Under the pieces are notes generated by a model. That model saw nothing but the letters and a program-made list of their open reading frames with translations, was not told the origin of the DNA and did not search any database. Source: Oscillospiraceae bacterium (GTDB taxonomy: Bacteria > Bacillota > Clostridia > Oscillospirales > Oscillospiraceae). Taken from it: a stretch of DNA of 64,000 bases. The stretch is taken from assembly GCA_009779845.1 (NCBI GenBank), contig WRBE01000005.1, forward strand, positions 880 to 64,879, written 5' to 3'. Numbering within the stretch: the first letter of the stretch is position 1; each line of letters starts with the position of its first letter. This document shows, in pieces, positions 55,203 to 63,493 of this stretch. A program made the position numbers and the translations under genes.

Positions 55203-56363
55203 CTATAGTTCCCGCACCCGGACACGGATATCTAACGCCATCACCCAAAGGGGGCAACGGACACCCTCGGTTTCGCCGATTTTTTGGAACCCGAACCGCT
55301 CATAAAAGCGGATGGCGGCAGTGTTGGTCTCGGCCACATGGACGGTGATGTTCTCCCGCCCTAAGGGACGGTATACGCTGATGGCATGACCGAGCAGTTG
55401 GATGCCCACGCCTTGCTCTCGAAATCCGGGGGCGACATAGTAAAACGAGATATGCCCAGATTTTTCTGCGGCCCCTTTTTGTGGGTTTAGCTCTAGCAGG
55501 CCAAAGGGCGTACCGCTGATAACCCCCTCTACCAGCGCCAGCGGATGGGCGTGGACATGGGCACGGGCTAGGTCTAAATATTCATCCGTAAAGCCCGCCA
55601 AGGTGCCATGGACTTCGCCCCAAGCCTCTTGCCGGTACGATAGATACCGCCTCTCGTTTTGGTCTATATCTAAGGGCAAAAAGTCTGCATTTCCTGTCTC
55701 TGCCCCCTCACTGCGCCACCAACTCTGGCGGGCGAGGGTGCTCAGGCCCCCTTCTAAGTGGCTGGCATCGTTCATCCAGCGGACAGTGAGGTCTTGCCCG
55801 TCATGGACTTCCAGTAAGGTCACGGCGGTGTTGTCAAGGTGGGGCAACTCGCCGTAACGCTCGGAGGGTAGCTCTAGGATATGCGCCAGTAGTGTTCGGA
55901 TGGCGTGACCGTGACTCACCACACAGACGGTTTGTCCGGCGGCGTGCTTTGTGATGTCCATGACAGCCTCTACCATGCGGTGCCCAAGCGCTTGATGGGG
56001 TTCGTTGTCGCCGATGTTCCAGCGAACAGGGTCTTGGTTAAAAAACTGCAATTGCTGGGCCTCATGTTGTTCTAAATGCGCCCAAGTCAAATCTTCCCAT
56101 CGGCCCATACCCACTTCTCGCAGTTTGGGTGTGGTGAGAATGTCCAGTTCCCTCGGCACACTGATGGCTTGGGCTGTGGTTACGGCCCGCACCAAGTCAC
56201 TGGAATAGACCGCATCCACCGGCAAAGCGGAAAACCGCTCACTCAAGGCATGGATTTGCCGCATCCCCAGCTCGGTGTTGAGGCTGTCATATTGACCGTG
56301 TACCCGGCGGTAGAGGTTCCCTTCCGCTTCTGCGTGGCGAATCATATAGATTTTGGTAATCAT
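55203..56363 (-). CDS. Fusion protein: histidine phosphatase (PGM-like) domain + GNAT N-acetyltransferase domain
   Basis: Start moved to the ATG at 56363 (ATGA overlap with the pyrD stop). N-terminal IYMIRHAEAEGN (RHG motif) and VVSHGHAIR. C-terminal QGVGIQLLGHAI...AIRFYERFGF (GNAT A/B motifs). Confidence 0.7.
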   Translation of the reverse strand: MITKIYMIRHAEAEGNLYRRVHGQYDSLNTELGMRQIHALSERFSALPVDAVYSSDLVRAVTTAQAISVPRELDILTTPKLREVGMGRWEDLTWAHLEQHEAQQLQFFNQDPVRWNIGDNEPHQALGHRMVEAVMDITKHAAGQTVCVVSHGHAIRTLLAHILELPSERYGELPHLDNTAVTLLEVHDGQDLTVRWMNDASHLEGGLSTLARQSWWRSEGAETGNADFLPLDIDQNERRYLSYRQEAWGEVHGTLAGFTDEYLDLARAHVHAHPLALVEGVISGTPFGLLELNPQKGAAEKSGHISFYYVAPGFREQGVGIQLLGHAISVYRPLGRENITVHVAETNTAAIRFYERFGFQKIGETEGVRCPLWVMALDIRVRVREL

Positions 56364-57274
56364 GCGTGTAATGCCACCTTTCCGGTGAGTTCTGTGACTT
56401 GGGTGATATTGTGCCGAGCTAAATAATCCGTCAACCCCTGTTTTGCGGTCAGGGGAGCTAATGGGTCTACAAAACAAGCGGTACCGAGGGCCACTAAGTC
56501 CGCTCCGGCCAGCATCATCTCTACCGCATCCGCCCCGGTGGCCACGCCGCCCATGCCTAGGATGGGCAGGTTTACAGCACTGGCTACCTGATACACCATC
56601 CGCAGGGCCACAGGCAACACTGCCGGGCCGGACAGGCCGCCCATGTTGTTACGGAGAATGGGCCGCCGGGTGTGAATATCAATCCGCATCCCCAAAAGAG
56701 TGTTAATCAGACTAAGTGCATCCGCCCCTGCATCCTCGGCGGCTCTGGCGATGGCGGCAATGTCTGTCACGTTGGGGGAGAGTTTCACCATAATCGGCAC
56801 GGTGCTGTTCCGGCGCACCATTTCCGTTACCGCTCTGGCCCCTTCTACTGTGGTGCCGAAGGCGATACCGCCTTCTTTGACATTGGGGCAAGAGATGTTG
56901 ACTTCTAACAGGTCAACCCCTGCATCGGATAATTTTTGGGCCAATATCCCATACTCCTCCACCGTGTTGCCGGAGAGGTTGGCGATGACTTTGGTATTAA
57001 ACTGCCGCAACCACGGCAACTCGTCCCGGATAAATGCATCCACGCCGGGGTTTTGCAGTCCCACGCTGTTGAGCATCCCCATGGGGGTTTCTGCAATCCG
57101 GGGGGCAAGGTTCCCCGCACGAGGGTGTAGGGTGAGACCCTTGACACAAATACCGCCCAGCTCGTTTAAGTCCAGATATTCTTGATACTCCCGACCAAAG
57201 CCATAGGTGCCGGAGGCCACAACAATGGGGTTTGCAAACGCTATTCCGGCAAACGATACACGTAAATCACACAT
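56360..57274 (-). CDS. pyrD: Dihydroorotate dehydrogenase B, catalytic subunit
   Basis: 304 aa with FANPIVVASGTYGFG, NISCPNVK and GGVATGADAVEMMLAGA. Confidence 0.9.
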   Translation of the reverse strand: MCDLRVSFAGIAFANPIVVASGTYGFGREYQEYLDLNELGGICVKGLTLHPRAGNLAPRIAETPMGMLNSVGLQNPGVDAFIRDELPWLRQFNTKVIANLSGNTVEEYGILAQKLSDAGVDLLEVNISCPNVKEGGIAFGTTVEGARAVTEMVRRNSTVPIMVKLSPNVTDIAAIARAAEDAGADALSLINTLLGMRIDIHTRRPILRNNMGGLSGPAVLPVALRMVYQVASAVNLPILGMGGVATGADAVEMMLAGADLVALGTACFVDPLAPLTAKQGLTDYLARHNITQVTELTGKVALHA

Positions 57275-58013
57275 CCCAGTTTACCTCCCCGGCATCAAAT
57301 ACAGGCCCATCGGCGCAGGCCCGGAGATTGTCTCCGTTTCGCATGGTCACAGTACAACCGAGACACGCCCCCACCCCACAGGCCATCCGCTCTTCCGTGG
57401 AGACTTGACAGGGGACATTGTACTGCGCTGCCAAGTTGGCTACCGCCCGGAGCATGGGCTTGGGGCCGCAAGTCAACACCATGTCATAGGTACCGGATTG
57501 GAGTTCGTTCTCTAAGGGCCCTGTCACCTGCCCCGGCTCCCCTGCACTGCCATCATCGGTGGTGAGGATGACGTTATCACAGATGGTTTGGAACTCATCT
57601 TGTAAAATCACTTGGCTACGTGACCCAAAACCCAAAATTGCCGTGGTGCTACCTTTGGCGGCTCGTGCGGCGTAGAGGAGCGGGGGTGTACCAATGCCGC
57701 CGCCCACCAACAGAATATGCTGACCCTCTACCGAAAACCCGGTACCCAACGGGCCTAAAATATCTAGTTGCCCGCTGGTTTTTTCTGCCAGCCAGCGCGT
57801 TCCGGCGCCTTTGACCTCGAACACAATCTTGAGCGTCTCATTCTCAGCATCACAGACGCTAATGGGCCGCCGAAGCAGCACATCTCCGCCGCATCTCACA
57901 TGGAGGAACTGCCCCGGCTGGGCAAGCCTGCCCAGCTCACCGGCCTCTAGGGTTATGGCATAGATATGGTCGGTCAGTTGTTGGGCGTGGATAATGTCGC
58001 ATAGACGTTGCAT
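57267..58013 (-). CDS. pyrK: Dihydroorotate dehydrogenase B, electron-transfer subunit
   Basis: 248 aa. An FAD/NAD-binding fold (RRPISV, LVGGGIGTPPL) with a C-terminal 2Fe-2S motif CGVGACLGC. Confidence 0.85.
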   Translation of the reverse strand: MQRLCDIIHAQQLTDHIYAITLEAGELGRLAQPGQFLHVRCGGDVLLRRPISVCDAENETLKIVFEVKGAGTRWLAEKTSGQLDILGPLGTGFSVEGQHILLVGGGIGTPPLLYAARAAKGSTTAILGFGSRSQVILQDEFQTICDNVILTTDDGSAGEPGQVTGPLENELQSGTYDMVLTCGPKPMLRAVANLAAQYNVPCQVSTEERMACGVGACLGCTVTMRNGDNLRACADGPVFDAGEVNWDV

Positions 58014-58022
58014 AACAATCTC

Positions 58023-59585
58023 CTAGAAAAATATTGCGAATAATCGGAAAAATGCTTGTACGACTTTCATATGAAAAGGCCGCTGTTGCCAGTGGTCTGC
58101 GTTGATCTCTGTGGATTGGAGCAGGGTATTTAGAAAATCCGCCTTGATGTCGTCAATGACCGGTGCGCCACACATCCAGACAGCATTCTCATAATGGAAA
58201 AAGAAGCTGCGGTAGTCCATGTTAATGGAGCCGATGATACAGTGGTCATCGTCCGACAGCACGGTCTTTGCGTGGATATAGCCGGGGGTGTACTCGTAAA
58301 TCCGCACCCCTGCTTGGAGCAACTTGTTATAGTTGGACTGGGTGACCTGATGTACAAACCACTTGTCCCACTGGTGGGGCGTGATAATCCGCACATCCGT
58401 ACCGCCTAGGGCGGCAGTGCAAAGGGCCTCTATCATGGTGTTGTCCAAAATCAGGTAAGGAGACATGATATATACATAGTCCCGGGCATTGTATATCATA
58501 CTGCGGTACATGCTCTCCGCTGGGTTGTCCGGGTTGTTCATGGGCCCATCCATGAAGGGCTGGTAGTACCCCCCGTCCCCTGTGGACATGGTACTGCGGG
58601 GCCGGTAAGCGTAAAAGGACTGTTGTTCACCGGTCTGCGCCTCCCACATTTGTAGAAACGAGACTGTCATACTCCAAACCGCATCCCCTTCTAGGCGGAT
58701 GGCGGTGTCTTTCCAGTGGCCGAATTTTTGAATGTAGTTGGCATACTCATCAGATAAGTTTGCCCCCCCGGTGTAGGCCACCTCGCCGTCAATGATACAG
58801 ACTTTCCGGTGGTTGCGGTAGTTGATATACAACCGGCTGGTGGAATAGTGGATGGGGTTAAACACCAAGACGTGAATCCCAAGGCGGCTTAAGTCTTTCG
58901 CCAAATCGTCCGGGACGGAAAACAAGCTGCCTAGGTCGTCATACATGACCCGAATTTCTACCCCCTCTGCCGCCTTTTGGGCCAGCACCTCCCGGAACTC
59001 TTGCCAGAGTTTGCCGTCACTGAGGATGAAATACTCCAAAAACACAAACCGCTTGGCGTTACGAATGTCCTCCAGCATAGCGGGAAACTGGTGGTCGCCT
59101 AGGGTGTAGTACTGACACTGTGACCGCTCGTATAGCGGGAACCCCATGCGGCCCAAGTAGCCGCCCAACCGTTTGCGATCCGGGTGCTCCAGCCCGAAGG
59201 CGTGATACACCGCCGGATCCTTGCGAAGGAACGGCGTAGTACGGGCCAGCGTTCGCCGCATTCGCCGGTGCTTGGTTCTGCGCCCCCAGAGAACGTATAG
59301 GACATGTCCCGTTACAGGAAGCAGTAAAATTAACAACACCCACGCCATGGTAAACGATGCGTTTTGATGCTTGCCCACTAAGATGAAAATATCCACCACT
59401 GCGATGCCTTGGATAAAGAAATAAACCCACACTGCCTGTTCTTGCAGTAGATTTACCAGAAACATCACAATTGCCACTTGTACCCCAACGGCCAGCACTA
59501 CCAAAAGGATGCGGAGAAAATTGCCTGCCCGGCGGGTCAGCTGGCGGCGCATCGGTGTTGCGGCAGAAGTGTACCCTCTAGGCAT
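58023..59585 (-). CDS. cls: Cardiolipin synthase
   Basis: Tracked ORF 58023..59804, with the start moved to the ATG at 59585 (SD AGGAG 7 nt upstream; 8-nt overlap with the upstream gene). Two TM helices and two HKD motifs (HRKVCIIDGEVAYTGGAN and HAKTVLSDDDHCIIGSIN). Confidence 0.85.
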   Translation of the reverse strand: MPRGYTSAATPMRRQLTRRAGNFLRILLVVLAVGVQVAIVMFLVNLLQEQAVWVYFFIQGIAVVDIFILVGKHQNASFTMAWVLLILLLPVTGHVLYVLWGRRTKHRRMRRTLARTTPFLRKDPAVYHAFGLEHPDRKRLGGYLGRMGFPLYERSQCQYYTLGDHQFPAMLEDIRNAKRFVFLEYFILSDGKLWQEFREVLAQKAAEGVEIRVMYDDLGSLFSVPDDLAKDLSRLGIHVLVFNPIHYSTSRLYINYRNHRKVCIIDGEVAYTGGANLSDEYANYIQKFGHWKDTAIRLEGDAVWSMTVSFLQMWEAQTGEQQSFYAYRPRSTMSTGDGGYYQPFMDGPMNNPDNPAESMYRSMIYNARDYVYIMSPYLILDNTMIEALCTAALGGTDVRIITPHQWDKWFVHQVTQSNYNKLLQAGVRIYEYTPGYIHAKTVLSDDDHCIIGSINMDYRSFFFHYENAVWMCGAPVIDDIKADFLNTLLQSTEINADHWQQRPFHMKVVQAFFRLFAIFF

Positions 59586-60447
59586 CCGAGTGCTCCTGGC
59601 CAGGGTGCCAAACGCCTTCGTCCCGATAGGGTTCTTCTCCTGTATCAGGCGCATCCGCCCAGCTTTTCCGCTGGGGGGGCTGGTCTGTGAATGCATTCGC
59701 AGGGCGACCGGAAAGGGCCAGTTGATACACCAGCACCGTAGCGGCCAACGCCAAGAGCACCACCTGCTCCGGCATACTCCAACTACTATCCGGCAGGGTA
59801 ACAAGCGTAAAATACACCGCAGCGGAGGACGAGAACATCAACCGTCCCGGTCGCTCTTGTAAAAAGGCGTAACCTGCGATATAGTAGAAGCTGAGAAGCA
59901 ATGCCGCTAAGGCAAACAACTGATAGACATAGCTGAGTAACACAGGGTTTGCGGCCTGTTCCCCCACATGGGCGGCCACCAGCCACAGGCAGAGCCAAAA
60001 GACCGGCACCACCGCCGGGATAGCCGCACGGTTCCCTTGTGCGCCTAACACCGCCATGAGAACAAGGCCCACAATCCCGGCGGCAATCGCCACCAACACC
60101 CGTGCAGCCTGAAGCGCCCCCAGCTCTGAAAGACCCAATAACTCCAACGCAGAAAATCCGCTGGCGGCAAGCCCCGCAAGAATCAGCAGTACCCGAACAA
60201 ACACATTTCTGCCAAAGGCATCAGAAAAGCTGCCTGCACGCATCTGCCGCACACCAAACGACAGGGCAAACAACGCCCCCATCGTCAACACAGAAAGCCC
60301 CATAAGGGCAAAGGAGATGGGCGCACCCCGCACAGCGAGGCCGGAAATCGGGTCAAACACCGTTTCTATTTCTTGCGCCCGGAGCAACGCACCCCCGGTT
60401 CCAAATATGACGGCCAACAGGGCCATGAGAAATCCAAATTTTCGCAT
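59578..60447 (-). CDS. Hypothetical polytopic membrane protein
   Basis: 289 aa with about 7-8 hydrophobic segments and a hydrophilic C-terminal tail. Family not recognised. Confidence 0.55.
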   Translation of the reverse strand: MRKFGFLMALLAVIFGTGGALLRAQEIETVFDPISGLAVRGAPISFALMGLSVLTMGALFALSFGVRQMRAGSFSDAFGRNVFVRVLLILAGLAASGFSALELLGLSELGALQAARVLVAIAAGIVGLVLMAVLGAQGNRAAIPAVVPVFWLCLWLVAAHVGEQAANPVLLSYVYQLFALAALLLSFYYIAGYAFLQERPGRLMFSSSAAVYFTLVTLPDSSWSMPEQVVLLALAATVLVYQLALSGRPANAFTDQPPQRKSWADAPDTGEEPYRDEGVWHPGQEHSDA

Positions 60448-60474
60448 AAGCTTGGTCTACTTTCACATACAAGT
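60445..60474 (+). promoter_or_regulatory. Possible sigma-E-like sporulation promoter upstream of spoIID
   Basis: gcATAag (60445-60451), a 14-nt spacer, then CATACAAGT (60466-60474). This resembles the Bacillus sigma-E consensus (ATA...CATACA-T). Weak pattern match. Confidence 0.25.
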
Positions 60475-60555
60475 AATAAATATGAATCACAATGAATCAC
60501 ACTATTCTACCATCTAACCCCCACATCCGTCAATCAAATAAAACCGGAGGACATT

Positions 60556-61614
60556 ATGCGACGTATTATACCCATCTCCCTACTTGCATTACTCTTGGCC
60601 ATACTGTTGCCGCTGTTTTTGGTCTACATGCCGGAACCTCCTGAGCCAGAGGAGGTGCCCGCTGAACCCGCGGCAGAGCCTGTAGCCCAGCCCGCACCTG
60701 AGCCAGAACCGCCGGAACCGGAGGCCGCCCCATTGCCCGACGGGTCATTAGATGCAGGATTTACACTTTCGGTTTTGTTCGGGGATGAAATTCGTGAAAT
60801 GACCATGGCGGACTTTCTGCAAGGGGTGGTGGCCGCCGAGATGCCCGCTTTGTTCCACGAAGAGGCTCTCAAAGCCCAAGCCGTAGCGGCCCGAACGTAT
60901 ACCCTCCACCGCAAGTTGGTGACCCCCACCCCACGGCACCCGGAGGCGGATGTGTGCGGTGATTACGCCTGCTGTCAGGCTTACGCCAGCGTGGACAGGC
61001 TACAAGAACGTTGGGGCGAGGACTTTGACTATTACCGTGCTCGCATTGCCATGGCCGTCCAAGCGACCGATGGTCAGGTATTACTCTACGATGACCAGCC
61101 CATCTTGGCCGCCTTCCACGCCGCCTCTTACGGCTATACAGAGGCCAGCGGGGCCATCTGGGGCGCAGTCCCCTATCTCCAAAGCGTCCCCTCTCACGAG
61201 GGGGCCGACCAAGTGCCGCGGTTTTATTATGATGTAGAGATAACTTTCTCCCGGTTTCGAGAGACCGTTCTCTCCCACCACCCGGAGGCTGTGCTGGACG
61301 ATGACAATATCCCCTACTGGATATCAAACATCGTGTACACGGACTCTGGGCGGTTGGACAGCCTCACCATCGGCGGGGTACTCGTACAAGGGGCAAGGTT
61401 CCGACAGATGTTTTCTCTGCGCTCGACAGCGATTCGGTTCTCCTTTTCCGATACGGGGATGACCATCACCACCGGCGGCCACGGCCACGGGGTGGGCATG
61501 AGCCAGTTCGGCGCAAACACCATGGCCACGGCCGGGTATCGTTATCGAGAGATTTTGGATTGGTATTACACGGGCGTTGTGTGGTCTGATGTTTCTGAGT
61601 TGGTTTTGCCGTAG
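60556..61614 (+). CDS. spoIID: Stage II sporulation protein D (SpoIID/LytB domain)
   Basis: 352 aa. An N-terminal anchor is followed by a Pro/Glu-rich linker and then the SpoIID motifs VVAAEMPALFHEEALKAQAVAARTY, CQAY and GHGVGMSQFGA. Confidence 0.85.
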   Translation: MRRIIPISLLALLLAILLPLFLVYMPEPPEPEEVPAEPAAEPVAQPAPEPEPPEPEAAPLPDGSLDAGFTLSVLFGDEIREMTMADFLQGVVAAEMPALFHEEALKAQAVAARTYTLHRKLVTPTPRHPEADVCGDYACCQAYASVDRLQERWGEDFDYYRARIAMAVQATDGQVLLYDDQPILAAFHAASYGYTEASGAIWGAVPYLQSVPSHEGADQVPRFYYDVEITFSRFRETVLSHHPEAVLDDDNIPYWISNIVYTDSGRLDSLTIGGVLVQGARFRQMFSLRSTAIRFSFSDTGMTITTGGHGHGVGMSQFGANTMATAGYRYREILDWYYTGVVWSDVSELVLP

Positions 61615-61702
61615 GGGACGATGGCAATCGTCCCGCAAATCACGAACGGATTGCTATTAGTGGCAATTTTTTGAAATTTGTCTAATTTTGTTGGTTTTTT
61701 CC

Positions 61703-61731
61703 TTGACATTGCACATATACGCAGATACAAT
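61703..61731 (+). promoter_or_regulatory. Strong sigma-A-type promoter with no CDS downstream
   Basis: TTGACA (61703-61708), a 17-nt spacer, then TACAAT (61726-61731). Confidence 0.5.
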
Positions 61732-61737
61732 TAGTCC

Positions 61738-61803
61738 CAAATACTTGCAATTGCAAAACCCAAGGCGGGAAACCTAGTGCCCACCTTGGGTTTGTCGTTT
61801 TTT
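61738..61803 (+). ncRNA. Candidate ~65-nt small RNA (promoter-to-terminator mini transcription unit)
   Basis: The predicted +1 is near 61738. A 14-bp stem, AAACCCAAGGCGGG (61756-61769) / CCCACCTTGGGTTT (61780-61793), has one mismatch and is followed by GTCGTTTTTT. No ORF with an SD is present. Confidence 0.35.
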
Positions 61804-61840
61804 CCCATGTCAAAATCCGTACCCACCTTGTCAACAGGAG

Positions 61841-61891
61841 TTCCCATAAAATATATATAAGGTCTTGTGACATAAAAAGTCACAAGACCTT
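61841..61891 (-). terminator. Hairpin terminator downstream of the AT-rich islet genes
   Basis: AAGGTCTTGTGAC / GTCACAAGACCTT, a perfect 13-bp stem (61859-61891). On the minus strand it is followed by TATATATATTTTAT. Confidence 0.5.
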
Positions 61892-61963
61892 GATTGCAAA
61901 AAATAGGGTGGTAGGTATCGTAACGAAATTGGATACCCACGTATGAGGGGGGCTATTTTTGTG

Positions 61964-62245
61964 CTACTGTACTTTTGCCATTTCAAACCCATAGCGGATA
62001 TCGGGGGTGTCGTTTAGAATTTTAGCAACAATTATTTCCCCCTTCTTTAACACATCAGCGATATCATTAATATAACGATTGCTAATTTTGCTAATATGAA
62101 TCTGTGCGGCCTCTTTGTGATCAATTATTTCAACATATGCAAATGATCTCCCCCAACCAAACACCTTACATTTGAATTCGTTGCCTCTTTTTAATTCTAA
62201 TAGTTCTCTATTGACAATGATATCTTCTACACTAAATTTTATCAG
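61964..62245 (-). CDS. S1 RNA-binding domain ORF without a canonical full-length start (probably the detached C-terminus of the AIPR gene)
   Basis: The frame is open from 62245. Translation: ...SVEDIIVNRELLELKRGNEFKCKVFGWGRSFAYVEIIDHKEAAQIHISKISNRYINDIADVLKKGEIIVAKILNDTPD... This matches the S1/OB pattern (G-x-V...AFV...G-x-IHISEIS...V-x-D-x-x-DVLK-x-G-x-x-V-x-VKVL). The only in-frame start (GTG 62164) would cut off the first beta-strand. Confidence 0.55.
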   Translation of the reverse strand: MIKFSVEDIIVNRELLELKRGNEFKCKVFGWGRSFAYVEIIDHKEAAQIHISKISNRYINDIADVLKKGEIIVAKILNDTPDIRYGFEMAKVQ

Positions 62246-63479
62246 TTAAGCGGGACAGATGGTTACCGCCTATGAATGGGCTTTCATATGTTTTAGCTAC
62301 ACTATCAATCACATTTATGGCATTTTTGATTAATAGTTCAAACTCCGCTGTTTCTTTAAGGTGCTCATAAAGTTTTTGACATAGTGCCTTCATCTCCCTA
62401 CTGTTAGCTTTTGGAATTTCATTACCAGATACCATCACTCTGCAGAGTAGTGCAATGTGGTATTTATACGATAACCTATAGTTGCGGTCATAACCATTAT
62501 CTCTCAAATATTTATCAATAAAAAACGCATACATTGAGGCTATGCAATATTGCTCTTTAATGTCCTCATCTTGATAGATTTTTGTTTTATTGGATTTTAA
62601 AAGTTCACCGTAATATCTATGTGTACTTTGTGGCTGCCCCAAAAACATTGCCACATATGCAGCTGTCTGTGACGGGAATGAAACCACTTTGTTTTGGCTG
62701 ACATTTTGAAAGTCATACTGTTTAGAGCGACGCTCATAAAAGAGCCTGTGCTGTACGCCATAACTTCCATATACCGTTTCAAGGTCTTTGTGAAAGTCTT
62801 TTAATGTCTCAAACGCTTCATCAACGATTAGTGTCTGACTATTTGTAGTTTTAACAATGGAGTCAATCACACCTTTGTCAGTTGAGGAAATTAATTTAAC
62901 CGCAACATAAGAGTCATCACTCAGTTTTTTCCGGTTTTCATAAAGCACAAAGCTAGTTTGACATCCATTAACAATTTGAAAATCTTCAATCACAAAATTA
63001 TCGCCTGTGCGGCGAATTTCTTTCGCAATTATTGTTATTCCATTATTAAGTAGTGCAAATGCTTGTTGTTGCTGTGGGTCTGCAATAGTTCCAAACATTT
63101 CACTATTCACTTTGTTACGACCTTGATAATATCTCACATTGTCTTCAAAAAGATGTGTGAGCAAAAGTCCATCATTATTTGTAATAAGCTCAACATAATC
63201 TTTGCATTTGACCGTGCCAATAAACGATTCTATAACATTGTCAATAGAAGGGAGTGTTGAATAGTTCTTGATAGGTACTGTCTTTTTTATGCTTCTCTTT
63301 ATCGAACGGCACGCATCCGTAATTTTTGTAGAATCATAAACATTACATTTTACTTCATCGAAAACTCCTTTCCCTTCAATTTCCTTTCTAAATGTTTCAA
63401 ACGTATTTTCTGCCATGCTCACATTAAACATTCTTCCAGTATAGGCAAAAACAATGTGACAATCTGGATTCTTGGACAA
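62232..63479 (-). CDS. AIPR-family abortive-infection protein, central/C-terminal part (frame-broken gene)
   Basis: 415-aa ORF containing LLNNGITIIAKEI...FQIVNGCQTSFVLY, which I recognise as the AIPR (abortive infection phage resistance) core motif. It starts only at a TTG directly after the upstream fragment. Confidence 0.65.
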   Translation of the reverse strand: MSKNPDCHIVFAYTGRMFNVSMAENTFETFRKEIEGKGVFDEVKCNVYDSTKITDACRSIKRSIKKTVPIKNYSTLPSIDNVIESFIGTVKCKDYVELITNNDGLLLTHLFEDNVRYYQGRNKVNSEMFGTIADPQQQQAFALLNNGITIIAKEIRRTGDNFVIEDFQIVNGCQTSFVLYENRKKLSDDSYVAVKLISSTDKGVIDSIVKTTNSQTLIVDEAFETLKDFHKDLETVYGSYGVQHRLFYERRSKQYDFQNVSQNKVVSFPSQTAAYVAMFLGQPQSTHRYYGELLKSNKTKIYQDEDIKEQYCIASMYAFFIDKYLRDNGYDRNYRLSYKYHIALLCRVMVSGNEIPKANSREMKALCQKLYEHLKETAEFELLIKNAINVIDSVAKTYESPFIGGNHLSRLTDKI

Positions 63480-63493
63480 ATGGGTAGGATGTC

